The notes under the pieces: generated by a model | Database searches by the model: none | Told to the model about the DNA's origin: nothing | Seen by the model: the letters and a program-made list of their open reading frames with translations, nothing else | In this document: piece by piece, positions 32,965 through 45,419 of the stretch | Position numbering within the stretch: position 1 is the first letter of the stretch | Layout: each line of letters begins with the position of its first letter | NCBI GenBank assembly: GCA_963727895.1 | Contig: CAVSHT010000009.1 | Coordinates: 160,001 to 224,000, forward strand | Reading direction: 5' to 3' | DNA: 64,000 bases | From: an uncultured Methanosarcinaceae archaeon | Lineage (GTDB): Archaea; Halobacteriota; Methanosarcinia; Methanosarcinales; Methanosarcinaceae | Position numbers and translations under genes: made by a program

Positions 32965-33656
32965 TTACTTAGGGCAAATTTCCTTGAGACCATCAGCTAC
33001 ATCAGCCAGAAGTTCAATGGGAATTCCCATAATCATTTCTTCATCTGCAGATCTTGGTGTATGTTCTGCTACCGCTGCAACCGACTGTAACTCCGATTTT
33101 GCCTTCTTTATATGCCTGTACGACCCCATCCGAGCACAAGCTCTGCTTTCCTGCAAAACTCGCTTCAATCCTGCCGCCTGTTTTATACATCATGGCCTGT
33201 GTAAGCAACATAATCTGTTTGGGGGTGCAGATAACCACAACAACATCCGGAATAAACGTGGCTTTTTCCAGGGGAGAATACAGAATAGCTTCTGTTGAGT
33301 TTGGGGGAAGCTTGGGAACTCTTTCAAGGGTACGTCTTGCAGCGCCCTGAGTGCTGAATTGTTTGAGTTTATTATAATAAAATTCTCCACTTGCAACTTT
33401 TGGAGGCATTTCGCCAAGACCCATTGCACCAGCACCGCCTTTGCACATTTGGTCTTCACCAAGGGTATAGAACTCTTCGCCAGTCCGCCTTACTCTATCA
33501 ACAAGCTGGCAGTGTCTCATAGCCTCATCTACTTTCTTCATCCCTGCCGGAACTTCCCCTCCTTTTGGAATCAGTTTTACTGCAACAGGAGAAGTCTTGA
33601 GTTTAAGGCACTCTACAAGTCTCCTGTCCATACTTGTTTATCTCTTTAACATCCAT
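32965..33656 (-). CDS. DUF169 family protein, two apparent frameshifts (~33620, ~33048)
   Basis: SPVAVKL, RHCQ, CKGGAGAMG, PDVV, CSD, GCSGSR, DEEMIMGIP. Confidence 0.85.
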
Positions 33657-33696
33657 ATTTTTGACTCCAGTTTTAAATATCGATTATTTACCTAAT

Positions 33697-34071
33697 TTAG
33701 TGATGAGAGCAATTACAGGTACCATCTATAGATAATTCTTGCAGCGATCCATTGTTATAGTCCTCAACTGCGTTGGAAACCTTACCCGTTATTCCTGCAA
33801 ATACTGTTATATTCTTTTGGTTAGTGACATTAATGGTCTTCCACCAATACCCGCAACGAGAACAGCATCGACATTATACGATTTCAAGATTATTGAAGGA
33901 GCAGCGCAATTATGTTCGACCTTCAGGAGACAGGTTGCTTATTGTCTTAACACTTTCAATATCTGTGTTGTTTACGTCTACAATTGTAAAATATTCGCAT
34001 GAGCCATAATGAAAACAAACATCGGATTCTAATCCAATATCACTCATCGATGGTATAGCAATTTTTGTCAT
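33697..34071 (-). CDS. NifB/NifX-family (FeMo-co/FeS binding) protein, two apparent frameshifts
   Basis: MTKIAIPS..VCFHYGSCEYFTIVDV; VDAVLVAGIGGRP; GKVSNAVEDY; absent from ORF track. Confidence 0.8.
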
Positions 34072-34138
34072 TTTCTACTCTTCCTCTTTAGTATTTACTC
34101 ACTTTTTTTCCTTATTTTTGGGGCAGCAGTAATTGTTC

Positions 34139-34577
34139 TCAATGAACCTTTTTCCTCTTCCGTCGCCACCGTATTCGATAGATTATCCTGGAACCACACA
34201 TTGGACAGCTTGTTGGGCGTTCCTCATTACACTCTAATTCCCACGAATGCTCGCATCCATTACAATGGAATTCGACCCTGCATTCGCCACTATTCACATA
34301 TTCTCCCCCGGAAATCTCAATTCCTTTGCCATTGACAAGGGCATCAACCACTTTCTGGTCGGGCTTTTTGCAAGTCATTCCAGAAAGTTTTTCTGGAGAT
34401 TCCCATCATATCCGCGGCCTCGTTTTGCTCAACATGAAGGAGATCACAAAGACGAATAGCTTCAAGCTCTTCTATGGATAAGTTGACAATTTCGAGATCG
34501 CAGAGAGGGACTTCCCTGGGTTTATAATATGTGGCTTTTGGAAGACATGATACTCTGCGCTTAACTCTGTTCACCAT
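34139..34577 (-). CDS. DUF134 HTH protein with C-terminal Zn ribbon, frameshift ~34360
   Basis: EELEAIRLCD..QNEAADMMGISRKTF; KVVDALVNGKGIEISGG; CNGC..CPMC. Confidence 0.85.
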
Positions 34578-34751
34578 CAAATTACACATATGCGAAGTAA
34601 TATAAGTAATTTATTATACGTCACAATATAATTCAAATTCAATCCAGAAAAACATGCTACGAGCTGTTAATCCACTTAAAAAAGTTCCATCTCTAAAGCT
34701 AATAAATAACAGGTTTTCTATATATTCTATTAGTTCAGTGAGGGTGTTTTT

Positions 34752-36109
34752 ATGGAGAACTCAAAACCTTATTTCAACCCTGAAATCGAAACTATGGACA
34801 GGGGAGAACTTGATGCTCTAATAGAAGAGCGAATTCGATACACGATAAAATATGCGGCAGAAAATTCTCCTTTTTACAGAAAATGGTTTGAACACAGGGT
34901 GTAGACCCACGTGAAATTAAAGCCCATGAGGATCTGCTGGATCTTCCTGTAATCTCGGGAAAGACTATTCGTGAAAACCAGCCTCCAGAAATGAAGGACT
35001 TTATGTTCAGGAGTGTAGGATGGGGAAAAGTTTTCACAGTTCATGAGACTAGTGGAACTAGCGGAATTCCAAAGAGTTTTTTCCTCACATGGGAAGACTG
35101 GGAACGTTATTCAGAGAAATATGCCCGGATTTTCAGGTCACAGGGTTTTGGTCCTGGAGACAGAGTTATTGTCTGTGCTTCTTACGGTATGAACGTAGGG
35201 GCTAATACCATGACCTTTGCGGCCAGGGAGCTTGGCATGAGCATTATTCCGGAGGGAAAATGTACATTTCCTCTGCGTGTTATCGAAATTTATAGACCTA
35301 CAGGCATAGTAGGTAGTGTATTCAAACTCCTAAATCTTGCCAGAAGGATAACAGCAGAGGGTAGAGATCCTCAGGAATCAAGTATAGATAAATTGGTTGT
35401 TGGAGGAGAAGCATTTGCTGACGAGTCCAGGTCTTATCTGTCCGAAATCTGGGGCTGTCCTGTGTATAATACATATGGGAGCACGGAAGGCACAATGTGC
35501 GGGGAATGTAGTGAGATGTCTGGACTCCACGTACCTGAAGATTTTGTCCATCTTGACATATATGATCCTCACCTCGAGAATTATGTACCCGAGGGAGAAT
35601 GCGGAAGAGTTGTTCTGAGCACCCTGCTACCTGTTGGGGCAAAAGCAGGAAACCTTCTTTTAAACTACGATACCGAAGATACAACTTTAGTACTTACACG
35701 CAAACAGTGCCCATGTGGGAGAACACATATGAAAATTATGAATCCACAAAGGGAAAACGAAACAGCGTGGATAGAGGGAGTTCCATTTAACCGCGTAGAC
35801 GTGGAAAGAGGCGTTTTCCAGCGTGAAAACATGGACTACTTGACCGGAGAATATGAGGCATTCCTTTATGGTGAAGAAAATGAAGGAGAAACCATACTCA
35901 GAATAAGTATGGAATGTGAAAATCCTGACATATGTGACCGGAATCTTATAGAAGAGAACTTTATCCGTGCTTTTTTTAGGTATAAACCCCCACTTTTCAG
36001 GGCTTATTCCGAAGGTACTTTCAAAATCGTATTTAACTTCACAGGTCCTATGGAGCTCGAATTAAACAGGATAAAAGGAAGACCCAAGAGACTTGTTGAT
36101 AGACGATGA
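34752..36109 (+). CDS. coenzyme F390 synthetase / phenylacetate-CoA ligase family, frameshift ~34898
   Basis: YFNPEIETMDR N-terminus from 34752; HETSGTSG, YGSTEG. Confidence 0.85.
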
Positions 36110-36541
36110 AAATAAAAGCACAAAAATGCTGAAGCATGTTAATACAGATAAATTATAGTTACTCCGGAAAAATAAGTTTAAGCCGAAAATTTCATTTGTG
36201 CTGAAAAAATGAATTCATATTTGAGTGTATATTCAGTATAATTTTCAGAAAATATCATAAAAACTGATTAAACTTCCTTTTACTTTTTGTTTATTTACAA
36301 TATTTGTTATTAAATAAAGGAATATATTTATTTACGGAGTAAGAATATAAGTCGTTCCCAAAGATTAATATTAGTGGAGAATAATTATTTGGAGATTAAC
36401 TCTTTTATATTAGTAATTAAGTGAAAAAAACATATATAGTGATACTTACAATAAGATAAAGTAATATCTTGTAGTAAGATCTCATAGTAAGATCTCATAG
36501 ATAATTCTAAGTAGATAATGTTAAGATTACCTGGTGATACG

Positions 36542-36964
36542 ATGGAAACAGAACTTATGAGGATAGGGGTTTCCCTTCCCGATACCCTTCTGGGTAAATT
36601 TGATGAGATAATAGAAAAAAGAGGTTATTCTTCCCGTTCGGAAGGCATAAGGGACGCCATCAGGAATTACATATCCTATTATGAATGGATGGGCGACATT
36701 AAAGGGTACCGCGTTGGAACGATTTCAGTTATTTACGATCATACTAAAAGGGGGCTCTCAAATGCCCTTGCAGATATTCAGCACCAGTACTCGCACCTGA
36801 TAAAGTCTTCAGTACATATACACCTTGATCATGACAATTGTTTTGAAGTAATCGTTCTTGATGGGGAAGGTGAAGAAATTAAGGAACTTGCAGAAACTAT
36901 AATGGCCCTCAAAGGAGTAAAGTTTTCAAAACTCACAACTATAGCATCAAACGAGAAGATTTGA
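36542..36964 (+). CDS. nikR: nickel-responsive regulator
   Basis: [31 protein letters not shown]. Confidence 0.95.
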   Translation: METELMRIGVSLPDTLLGKFDEIIEKRGYSSRSEGIRDAIRNYISYYEWMGDIKGYRVGTISVIYDHTKRGLSNALADIQHQYSHLIKSSVHIHLDHDNCFEVIVLDGEGEEIKELAETIMALKGVKFSKLTTIASNEKI

Positions 36965-37096
36965 TCTTCTCTTAAAAGACAGAAGTTTACATTTGAAGTC
37001 GTGAGGAAAATCGACTGAAAAAGAGAACAGTATTCTAGAGAAAAAGTCTAAAAGGGAAAGAATCTCAAAGTCGAAAAACTTATTGATTCTTCTGAT

Positions 37097-37453
37097 TTAA
37101 GCTTTTTCAAAATGCTTCTCAATATATTCGAGGAGCAAGCTTCCGAACTCTGTGAGGTCGTATATCTGGAAACTGCGTTTTCTTCTAGAGTCAACCAGAC
37201 CTGCTTCTTTTAACAGCTTAAGGTGATAGGAAAGAGCTGAATGCTTTTGGTCCGTGCATTCTACAAGGACACAAACACAAAGGCTCTGGACCTCAAGTGC
37301 TTTGAGAACCCTGAGACGGGTTGGATCTGCAAGTACTTTAAATAAGCTAACGATTTCTTCCACATCTTCATTCATTGCCGTACGCACAGCTTCAAACACG
37401 TCTTCCGGAAGACAATATGCATCCTTTACTTCAATTATTTTTTTTTCAGACAT
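37097..37453 (-). CDS. ArsR/SmtB-family regulator
   Basis: FKVLADPTRLRVL..LCVC..LSYHLKLLKEAGLV. Confidence 0.9.
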   Translation of the reverse strand: MSEKKIIEVKDAYCLPEDVFEAVRTAMNEDVEEIVSLFKVLADPTRLRVLKALEVQSLCVCVLVECTDQKHSALSYHLKLLKEAGLVDSRRKRSFQIYDLTEFGSLLLEYIEKHFEKA

Positions 37454-37849
37454 TTATTCCACTTGACCGTCACTTCGAATAAAGCATGTGGTTATTATTT
37501 TAACCTTTTTGTTAATTTTCCTTACTTGTTAGATTCTCAAGTTTGAAAATATAAACTTAATTTATAATATCCTGTGATATCTTGCATTATAGAGATTATT
37601 CTATTTTATCGATTCAAAATATCCTTATCCGTGAAAAGCACTTATCTCCATCTAAGCCCCAGCTCCGATAGACAGAAAAATCCATAAATACATGTAGGAT
37701 TTGAAAATTGTATTTATGAATAGTTTTATCGTATCAGATTTATAAATGAAAAATCAATTAATTTTTTTATTTTCTTCTTTGGTTTTAAGTTATTTTTTAC
37801 AAGAATTAGCTTGTTATCTTAAAATAGGTCTTGGTAAATACTGATAGAT

Positions 37850-39280
37850 ATGAAAATGCAGATTAGTGGAAAACCTGTGGAAGCATGCAATGAGGATTTT
37901 TTTGACGTTATAAATCCAGCAACAGGTGAACTTATTGAAAGGATTCCAAAAGGCACAGAAGATGATGTAGTAGTAGCTGTTGAGGCTGCATCGTCAGCTT
38001 TTGATAGTTGGGCTTCCACATCTCCTCAACAAAGAGCCGGAGTCTTTTACAGAGCTGCGGGAATTGTAAGACAGAGAAAAGACGAACTTGCTGGCTTACT
38101 TACCAGGGAACAGGGTAAACCTCTTGCCGAAGCTAAAAACGAGCTTGAAGGTTTTTCAAATGTCCTTGAGTACTATTGTGGGCTTGCAAGTAGTTTTCAT
38201 GGAGATTTCATTACAGTTCCTCAAAATGGATATGCTTTTACCATAAAAAAACCTCTAGGTATCTGTGCAGCGATAATTCCCTGGAATATGCCTGCTCTTA
38301 TTATGGCATGGAAGATAAGCCCTGCCTTGATAACTGGGAATACAGTTGTTTTAAAACCTGCAAGCAATACTCCCCTTACTAATCTTACCCTGGCTTCTAT
38401 CCTGAATGAAGCAGGGCTTCCACCAGGTGTACTAAATATCGTTACAGGACCTGGGGAAATAGTAGGAGAAAATCTGGTTAAAAGCAATAAAGTAAAAAAA
38501 ATCTCTTTTACTGGTGAAGCTAGAACTGGAAAACGTGTAGCTGAACTTGCAGCCAGTGGGATGAAAAGAATAACTCTTGAGCTTGGAGGGAGTGATCCCA
38601 TGCTAGTATGTGATGATGCTAACCTTGAGGATGCAGTTATAGGGGCTCTCAGAGGAAGATTTTACAATTGCGGACAGGCCTGTACTGCTGTAAAGAGACT
38701 GTTTGTTTTTGAATCAGTAGCTGAAGAGTTCATAAAAAAGCTTGAAACAGGCATTGGGAACTTAAGAGTTGGAAACGGGATACATGAAAACGTTGATATG
38801 GGACCTCTTAACAACCGTAAACAGTGGGAATATATAAAAGAACTTGTAGCCGACGTTAAAGAGAAGAATGAAGGCAAAATAATTACAGGAGGTAATGTTC
38901 CAGAAGGCAGCGCTTACAGCAGGGGATATTTCTTCGAGCCCACGCTTGTTGTAGATGTTCCAGAGGATTCCAGATTATTGAAAGAAGAAATATTTGGTCC
39001 GGTGTTACCTATAGTGCGGGTAAAAAACCTTGATGAAGCAATTGAAGTAGCAAACAATAGCTGTTATGGACTTGGTGCTTCTATCTGGACAAAAAACATT
39101 GATCGAGCCCGTATAGGATGTGAACAATTGAATGCAGGAATTATCTGGGTAAATCAGCATCTGAAGGTTGCTCCTGAAGCTCCTTTTGGAGGCACCAAGG
39201 AGAGCGGAATAGGAAGAGAAAACGGGCCTGATGCCCTTTCAGAATATCTTGATCTGAAAACAGTAATGCTAAAAATCTGA
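37850..39280 (+). CDS. NAD(P)-dependent aldehyde dehydrogenase
   Basis: IIPWN, LELGG, GQAC, EEIFGPV, PFGGTKESG. Confidence 0.95.
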   Translation: MKMQISGKPVEACNEDFFDVINPATGELIERIPKGTEDDVVVAVEAASSAFDSWASTSPQQRAGVFYRAAGIVRQRKDELAGLLTREQGKPLAEAKNELEGFSNVLEYYCGLASSFHGDFITVPQNGYAFTIKKPLGICAAIIPWNMPALIMAWKISPALITGNTVVLKPASNTPLTNLTLASILNEAGLPPGVLNIVTGPGEIVGENLVKSNKVKKISFTGEARTGKRVAELAASGMKRITLELGGSDPMLVCDDANLEDAVIGALRGRFYNCGQACTAVKRLFVFESVAEEFIKKLETGIGNLRVGNGIHENVDMGPLNNRKQWEYIKELVADVKEKNEGKIITGGNVPEGSAYSRGYFFEPTLVVDVPEDSRLLKEEIFGPVLPIVRVKNLDEAIEVANNSCYGLGASIWTKNIDRARIGCEQLNAGIIWVNQHLKVAPEAPFGGTKESGIGRENGPDALSEYLDLKTVMLKI

Positions 39281-39438
39281 TATACGAATAAAAATAAGAC
39301 CTGATGTCTGAGCAAAAATAAGCTATGAAAAAACCCTGGACTTTGAGAACAATAAAATAAAGAGATTTTTGATGAGCCAGTTAACATGCAGCTCATCGGA
39401 CTTTTTTTCTGTAAAATCTGATATGTAAGTTATAAAAC

Positions 39439-39711
39439 TTACTTTTTCTGATATTTGGGCAGAAGCTGCATGAATTCGGAAGCTTCCATAACCGGCACGC
39501 TGTCAATCACACAGATATCCGACCAGGGCAGATTGAAAGCTCCGTAAGCTTCGGCACTTTCTGCTTCGTAAAGGATGTAATAACGGTTTCCGGAAAGGTC
39601 AATCCACTGGTTAATGACATCGATTCCGTCTGGAATTTCCAGTTTCTTAAAATGTTCAAGGATCTTATCGCGGTTCGAAGGGTCCCAGGTACTAACGTCC
39701 ATGAATAACAT
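39439..39711 (-). CDS. DUF3303-like protein
   Basis: MLFMDVSTW..QWIDLSGNR..PWSD..VPVM. Confidence 0.8.
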   Translation of the reverse strand: MLFMDVSTWDPSNRDKILEHFKKLEIPDGIDVINQWIDLSGNRYYILYEAESAEAYGAFNLPWSDICVIDSVPVMEASEFMQLLPKYQKK

Positions 39712-40129
39712 CTTTTACCACTCCTCTTATTTCTACGCTGCCAATACCCCTTCCCGGAAGCTAAGGCAGCTTTTTACAGCATCCGGGATATTTTTTGAGA
39801 GCCAAGCCTCAAGGGAAAACAAATCTATTCTCCTGTGCCATCCCCGCAAACGCGGATTTGACCAGCAAGCCCCCAAAACGCCGATTAACGGCAGAATCCA
39901 GATTATTTTAGATTTTTACTGTCTTTTCCTTATTTATCATTGCTAAATCCCCATGAATGACAAATCCGGAAGGACAGGTAATCATGCAGAAAGAAATTCT
40001 GCATGCAGATACAGACAGTATATTATCATCCCTTAGACTATATAATAGTTCGTCCTGAAAGACTATATTAAGTCAGGTGACTTATTCAGGTATACAAAAA
40101 TTTTAATGAAAATACAGGATGTAGCTTTC

Positions 40130-41468
40130 TCAGTCGAGCCAGCAAACCTCGCAATTGTCTTCTTTTTTCATGAAGAAGTTTGCAGCTTCAAACCCGGCTT
40201 TTACAGAGCCGTTCATGCTTCTTTCCGGGTAATTGGTTGATGAGAACATTCCTGCCAGGTAAAGTCCGGACGGGCCCGGAGCAAATGGCAGAACTTTTTC
40301 AAGGTACCCCTGTTCATATACAGGCGCAGTATCCATTCTGCGGAAGAGTTTCCCCAGTGGATATCGGTCCTTGAAAAATCAGGAAACATCTTTTCCAGGC
40401 CCTTCAGGTAAGAATCCAGGACTTCTTCTTCCTTCTTCAGCCAGAGAGCATCTTTTCGTCCTGGAAATAGGAGGTTACATAGACAAGGTGTTCTCCATAA
40501 TCCTCAAAAGGCAAAAAATTGGTGTGCTCAATTACGGCTCCAAAAGGCACGTCAGCTTTTATGTTCAACCAGTAATTTCCATCTTCCATAAGCCCTTTGT
40601 CAAGTCCTATAAGGGCACATGCAGTCCCCTGATAACGAATGCTTTGCAGGGTTTCGTGAAGAGCTCCAAGCTTGCCTTTTGTGATTGCATCCAGTACTCT
40701 GGGTTCAACAGTTGAAATCACGGCATCGCAGGGTATAAAATCCCCGTCAGTAACCACTCCCTGCACTGCATTGTCTTTGATTACAATTTCTGTTATTGCT
40801 TTGTTTCGCAAGATCCTGCCCCCCTGTGCAGTGATTTCCCTTGCCAGAGCTTCTATCAGGGAGTTAAACCCTCCTCTCAGGTACCCCAGTTTTTCTCCTT
40901 CTTTTCCCCTATCTGACCTTATTTTCACCCGCCCTATAAGCCAGGCTGCAGAAACATTTTCGGCATTTTCACCGAATTTGCTTTTCATCAGAGGAGCAAA
41001 AAAGTTTTCATATACGGATTTTCCCGCAGTATCAAGAATCCAGTCTTTTGCTTTTATTCTGTCATAGGAAGTCGTATCATTTATCAGCTTAATCCTGAGA
41101 ACCAGCAGGCCAAGTTTTACCAGATCCGTAAAAGAAAGAGGGTTAAACCTTAGAATTTCAGCAGGAGTATTCATAGGATAGTTTTTTCCGTCCACAAAAT
41201 AGGCGTTTTTTCCCTTAAGCCACAGCATTTGATCTTCAAGCCCCAGTTCCCTTATCAGGTCAAGAAGTTCCGAATCGCTCCTGAATATATGGTGGTAGTA
41301 CTTTTCTATAAAGTATTTCTTTCCGGAAAACTCCAGACAATAGCTTGCTGCCATTCCCCCAATTTCAGCATCTTTTTCAAAAATAACAATCTCATTAGAT
41401 TTACAGAGCTTATACCCGGCTGACAGACCTGCAAGCCCGCTTCCGATTATTACGATTTTCATACCCAC
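40130..41468 (-). CDS. FAD-dependent oxidoreductase (protoporphyrinogen/amine oxidase-like), frameshifts near 3' end
   Basis: IIGSGLAGLSAGY, YYHHIF; C-terminus YPERSMNGSVKAG in ORF 40130-40336. Confidence 0.85.
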
Positions 41469-41723
41469 TTTTTCCTTATCTATCTAACTTTTAACCCAAA
41501 TTTGGCTGTTCCTTAAGATTTCAAACCCCTATCTATATATAAAAAAAGTAAAGTGTTATATCTCTTTTTCCACAAAAGTTTGTAGAACCCAGATTCCTTT
41601 AAAAATCACTAATATATCGATATGCTTAACCGCTATATATATTTTAAACTAACTTATATTAGAGAAGCGAATATATTAATTGAGAAATATCTCTGGTAAT
41701 CCAGAGGCTTGAGGGGTAAAGGG

Positions 41724-44469
41724 GTGTATTACGATCAGGAAATCAACTCAGTTTTTGAGGACTTTGGAGTATCAGAAGCAGGTTTGAGTTCTGAGGAAGC
41801 AGAAAAGAGACTTAAAGAGTATGGTGAAAATGAACTTAAAGAAAAAGAAAAAGTCTCAATCCTGCAGCTCTTTCTCTCACAATTTAAAAGTATATTGATT
41901 CTTATCTTGATAATTGCCTCTATTGTTTCTGCCTTGCTTGGGGAGCTAATTGACGCAATAGTGATTATTTTTACGGTTTTTCTTGCAGGCATTCTCAGTT
42001 TTGTGCAGGAATATCGAGCCGAAAAAGCAATTGAGCTTTTAAGATCCCTTACCTCTCCAGAAGCTACTGTAATAAGGGACGGAGTAGAAAAAAAAATTCC
42101 CTCAAAAGAACTTGTTCCCGGCGATCTTATTCTGATTCAAACCGGAGATCGCATTCCTGCGGATGCCAGGGTAATTAAAGAGTTCAATCTCAAAATTGAC
42201 GAATCTTCCCTTACAGGAGAATCCGTGCCAGTCCAGAAGAGCATCGAAGCTCTGCCTTCAGAAACTCCTGAAGCTGACAGGACAAATATGGTCTATGCAG
42301 GAACTGCAGTTGCTTACGGAAGAGGAAATGCGATTGTTACTGCAACCGGAATGAAAACGGCTTTTGGGGAACTGGCCGGGCTTCTGGGAACAATAGAGAG
42401 ATCCAGAACTCCCTTACAGGAAAGCCTTGACAAGTTCGGCAGATGGATTGGGGCTGCAACTCTTATAATTGTGGCTTTTGTCGCAATGCTTGGCGTTTTT
42501 TACGGCTTTCCTCTTCTTGATATGTTTCTCTGGGGAGTTGCCCTTGCGTTGCTGCTATTCCTGAAGCTCTCCCTGCGGTTGTTACGGTAGGACTTGGGCT
42601 TGGAGTAAGGCGTATGGTCAAAAGGCATGCCCTTGTGAGGAAACTACCATCTGTAGAAACTCTTGGAGCCACAAATGTTATCTGTTCGGATAAGACAGGC
42701 ACACTTACCCAGAACAAAATGACGGTTGAAAGAATATGCGCCAATAAGCAGATTTTTAAAGTTACGGGAGCCGGGTACTCTCCTTCAGGAGAGTTCTTCA
42801 AAAGGAGATGAAAAAGCTTCTACTGACGATATTCATCTTCATGTTCTCTTGCTAGGGGCTGTTCTTTGCAATGATGCAGGTCTTTTCAAGAAGAATGAGA
42901 AGTGGAAAATTAAAGGAGATCCTACGGAGGCAGCTCTTCTGGTTGCTGCCGCGAAGGCAGGGCTTAATAAAGTCGAGCTTGATCAAAAGTATCCGCGTCT
43001 TGCGGAAATACCCTTTTCCTCCGAAAGAAAAAGAATGACCACCTTCAGTAAACTGGAAGCCGATTCCGACAGTTTTCCTGTTAGAGGACTGATTGCTTTT
43101 TCAAAGGGAGCACCTGAAGTAATTCTCGGTTCATGTACGAAAATTTTTCTTGATGGTGAAATAAAATCTTTATCTCCTGAAGTAAAGCAGTTGATTGCAG
43201 GTAAAGTCAGGGAAATGGCTGACCAGGCCCTAAGGGTTATGGCTCTCTCTTTCCGTCCTCTTGCTGAAAATACCTCTCTTGAAAAAATTTCTTTCGGAGA
43301 ACATACTATCAGAAGAAATTGAAGATGAGATGGTCTTTTCAGGTTTAATGGGCATGAGAGACCCTCCAAGAGAGGAAGTAAAAGTTGCAATCCAGAAATG
43401 TGCAGACGCAGGCATTAAAACCGTAATGATAACAGGAGACCATAAGATTACAGCGTCTGCAATTGCAAAGGAACTCGGGATTTTAAAGGAAAACGATCTC
43501 ACTCTTACAGGTTCGGAGCTTGATAGCCTTGGGGATACTGAGTTTGAAGACAAAGTTGAAAAGATCTCGGTTTATGCCAGGGTCTATCCTATCCATAAGT
43601 TGAGGGTAATAGATGCTTTTAAGAAAAAAGGCTACGTCGTGGCAATGACCGGAGACGGGGTAAACGATGCCCCTGCCCTTAAAGCTGCAGATATGGGCAT
43701 AGCTATGGGCATTACAGGCACGGATGTCAGTAAAGAAGCTTCAAGCATGATCCTTACGGATGACAATTTTGCGTCCATTGTCGCAGCGGTTGAGGAAGGG
43801 CGAAACATATTTAAAAACATTAGAAATTTTATCACTTATGGACTCTCAGCTCATATCGGGGAGGTTCTCATAGTCCTCATCTCGATCCTGGGATGGCAAA
43901 TCCTGCCTCTTCTTGCGGTTCAGATCCTCTGGATTAACCTGATTACAGATGGACTTCCTCCAATGGCTCTGTCTGTTGAACCTCCTGACAGCGGACTTAT
44001 GAGACAGAAACCAAGAAAACGTTGAGGAAGGGCTTATTACCCGCCGAGAAATTGCAGCCGGGCTGGGAATTGGAGGATTGATTGCTCTTCAGGCTCTTAT
44101 CGTTTTAACCTGGGCTCTTGAAAGAGATTTCCCCATTGAGAAACTGCAGACTCTGATTTTTACACTTGTGGTCTTTTCAGAGATGTTTAACGCCTTTAAC
44201 TGGCGTTCTGATCGATACTCGATTTTTTCCCTTGGGCTTTTTACAAACAAATCTCTGGTTTATGCAGTCCTGACTACAATAATTCTGCAACTGATAGTAA
44301 TTTATGTTCCTTTTTTCCAAACTGCTTTTAGAACAGTTCCACTTTCTCTTTTTGAATGGGAATAGTACTGACTCTTGCTTCTACCACTCTTATTTCTATG
44401 GAAATTGTAAAATACTTTATAGGAGACAGCTATCAGGAGAAAAAACATGGAAAAACGAATTTCGATTAA
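41724..44469 (+). CDS. P-type cation (Ca2+-like) ATPase, split by about five frameshifts
   Basis: TGES, DKTGT, KGAPE, TGDGVND across consecutive fragments. Confidence 0.9.
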
Positions 44470-45105
44470 ATTTAAGGTGTTAAATTCCGGTTTTTAGATT
44501 TTGAATTTTAATCAATCTTCTGAAGGATAACTAAGGTTTCAATTTCTCGTTTACAATGAAACTAAAGCATTAATTACCTTTTCGTTCAGTTTTTCCTTTT
44601 TTATTCCGCATTTTCAAGACTTTTATTATAGTACAGAGTGAATTCCTTTCCAGGACGTAAGGAAAAATTATAAGAGGCGTACCTTTCGGTAGGAATTTTA
44701 ATATACATCCGAGATGTTGCAGACACAATTATTGCATCGTATTCCTTGTTCACAGGAGGCTCTGTATAATAAGATGCTTTTTCATAGTTCCTTAAATACT
44801 AGGGCAAAGGCCAATAAAGATTTTCAGTATCTACAACGGTTATCTTTAGATTTTCAGGCCCAAGATTAAATACTTCAATTTTCATCATGATGAAAAACTC
44901 GTTCCCCAAGGTTAAACAACCTTATTAGCAGGGCAAATGAGAGAATCAGAAATCCAAGTATTTTATATTTTTCCCCAGAAAGCCTTTTTGAGTTTTCAGA
45001 ATTGTATCCCTGACCTTGATACTTCATTCCCCAAAACTTCCCATCATAACTGTTTCTTTATGAGGTATAGATATATTTAAGGGATAAGATGAAATAGTTT
45101 ATCTC

Positions 45106-45399
45106 ATGGCTGATGTAAAAATCAAATTATTTGCCAATTTGCGTGAAAAGGCAGGTACATCGGAACTGCATCTGTCGGGAAAAAAAGTTGTAGACGTACT
45201 TTTATCCCTTACTGAAAAATATCCTGAGTTAGAGGATCTTATTTTTGAAAAACCTGACGTAGAAAGTGAAGCTCCTATTATGCGTGGTTCAATTAACGTT
45301 CTTATAAATGGAAATAATGTCCGGCATCTTGAAGAAATGGATACCCTTCTTTCTGAAGCTGATGAACTTGCAATCCTGCCGCCTGTATCAGGAGGATAA
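45106..45399 (+). CDS. MoaD/SAMP ubiquitin-like sulfur carrier
   Basis: KLFANLRE..PPVSGG C-terminus. Confidence 0.92.
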   Translation: MADVKIKLFANLREKAGTSELHLSGKKVVDVLLSLTEKYPELEDLIFEKPDVESEAPIMRGSINVLINGNNVRHLEEMDTLLSEADELAILPPVSGG

Positions 45400-45419
45400 C
45401 CTTTCAGGAAGGAAAAACA

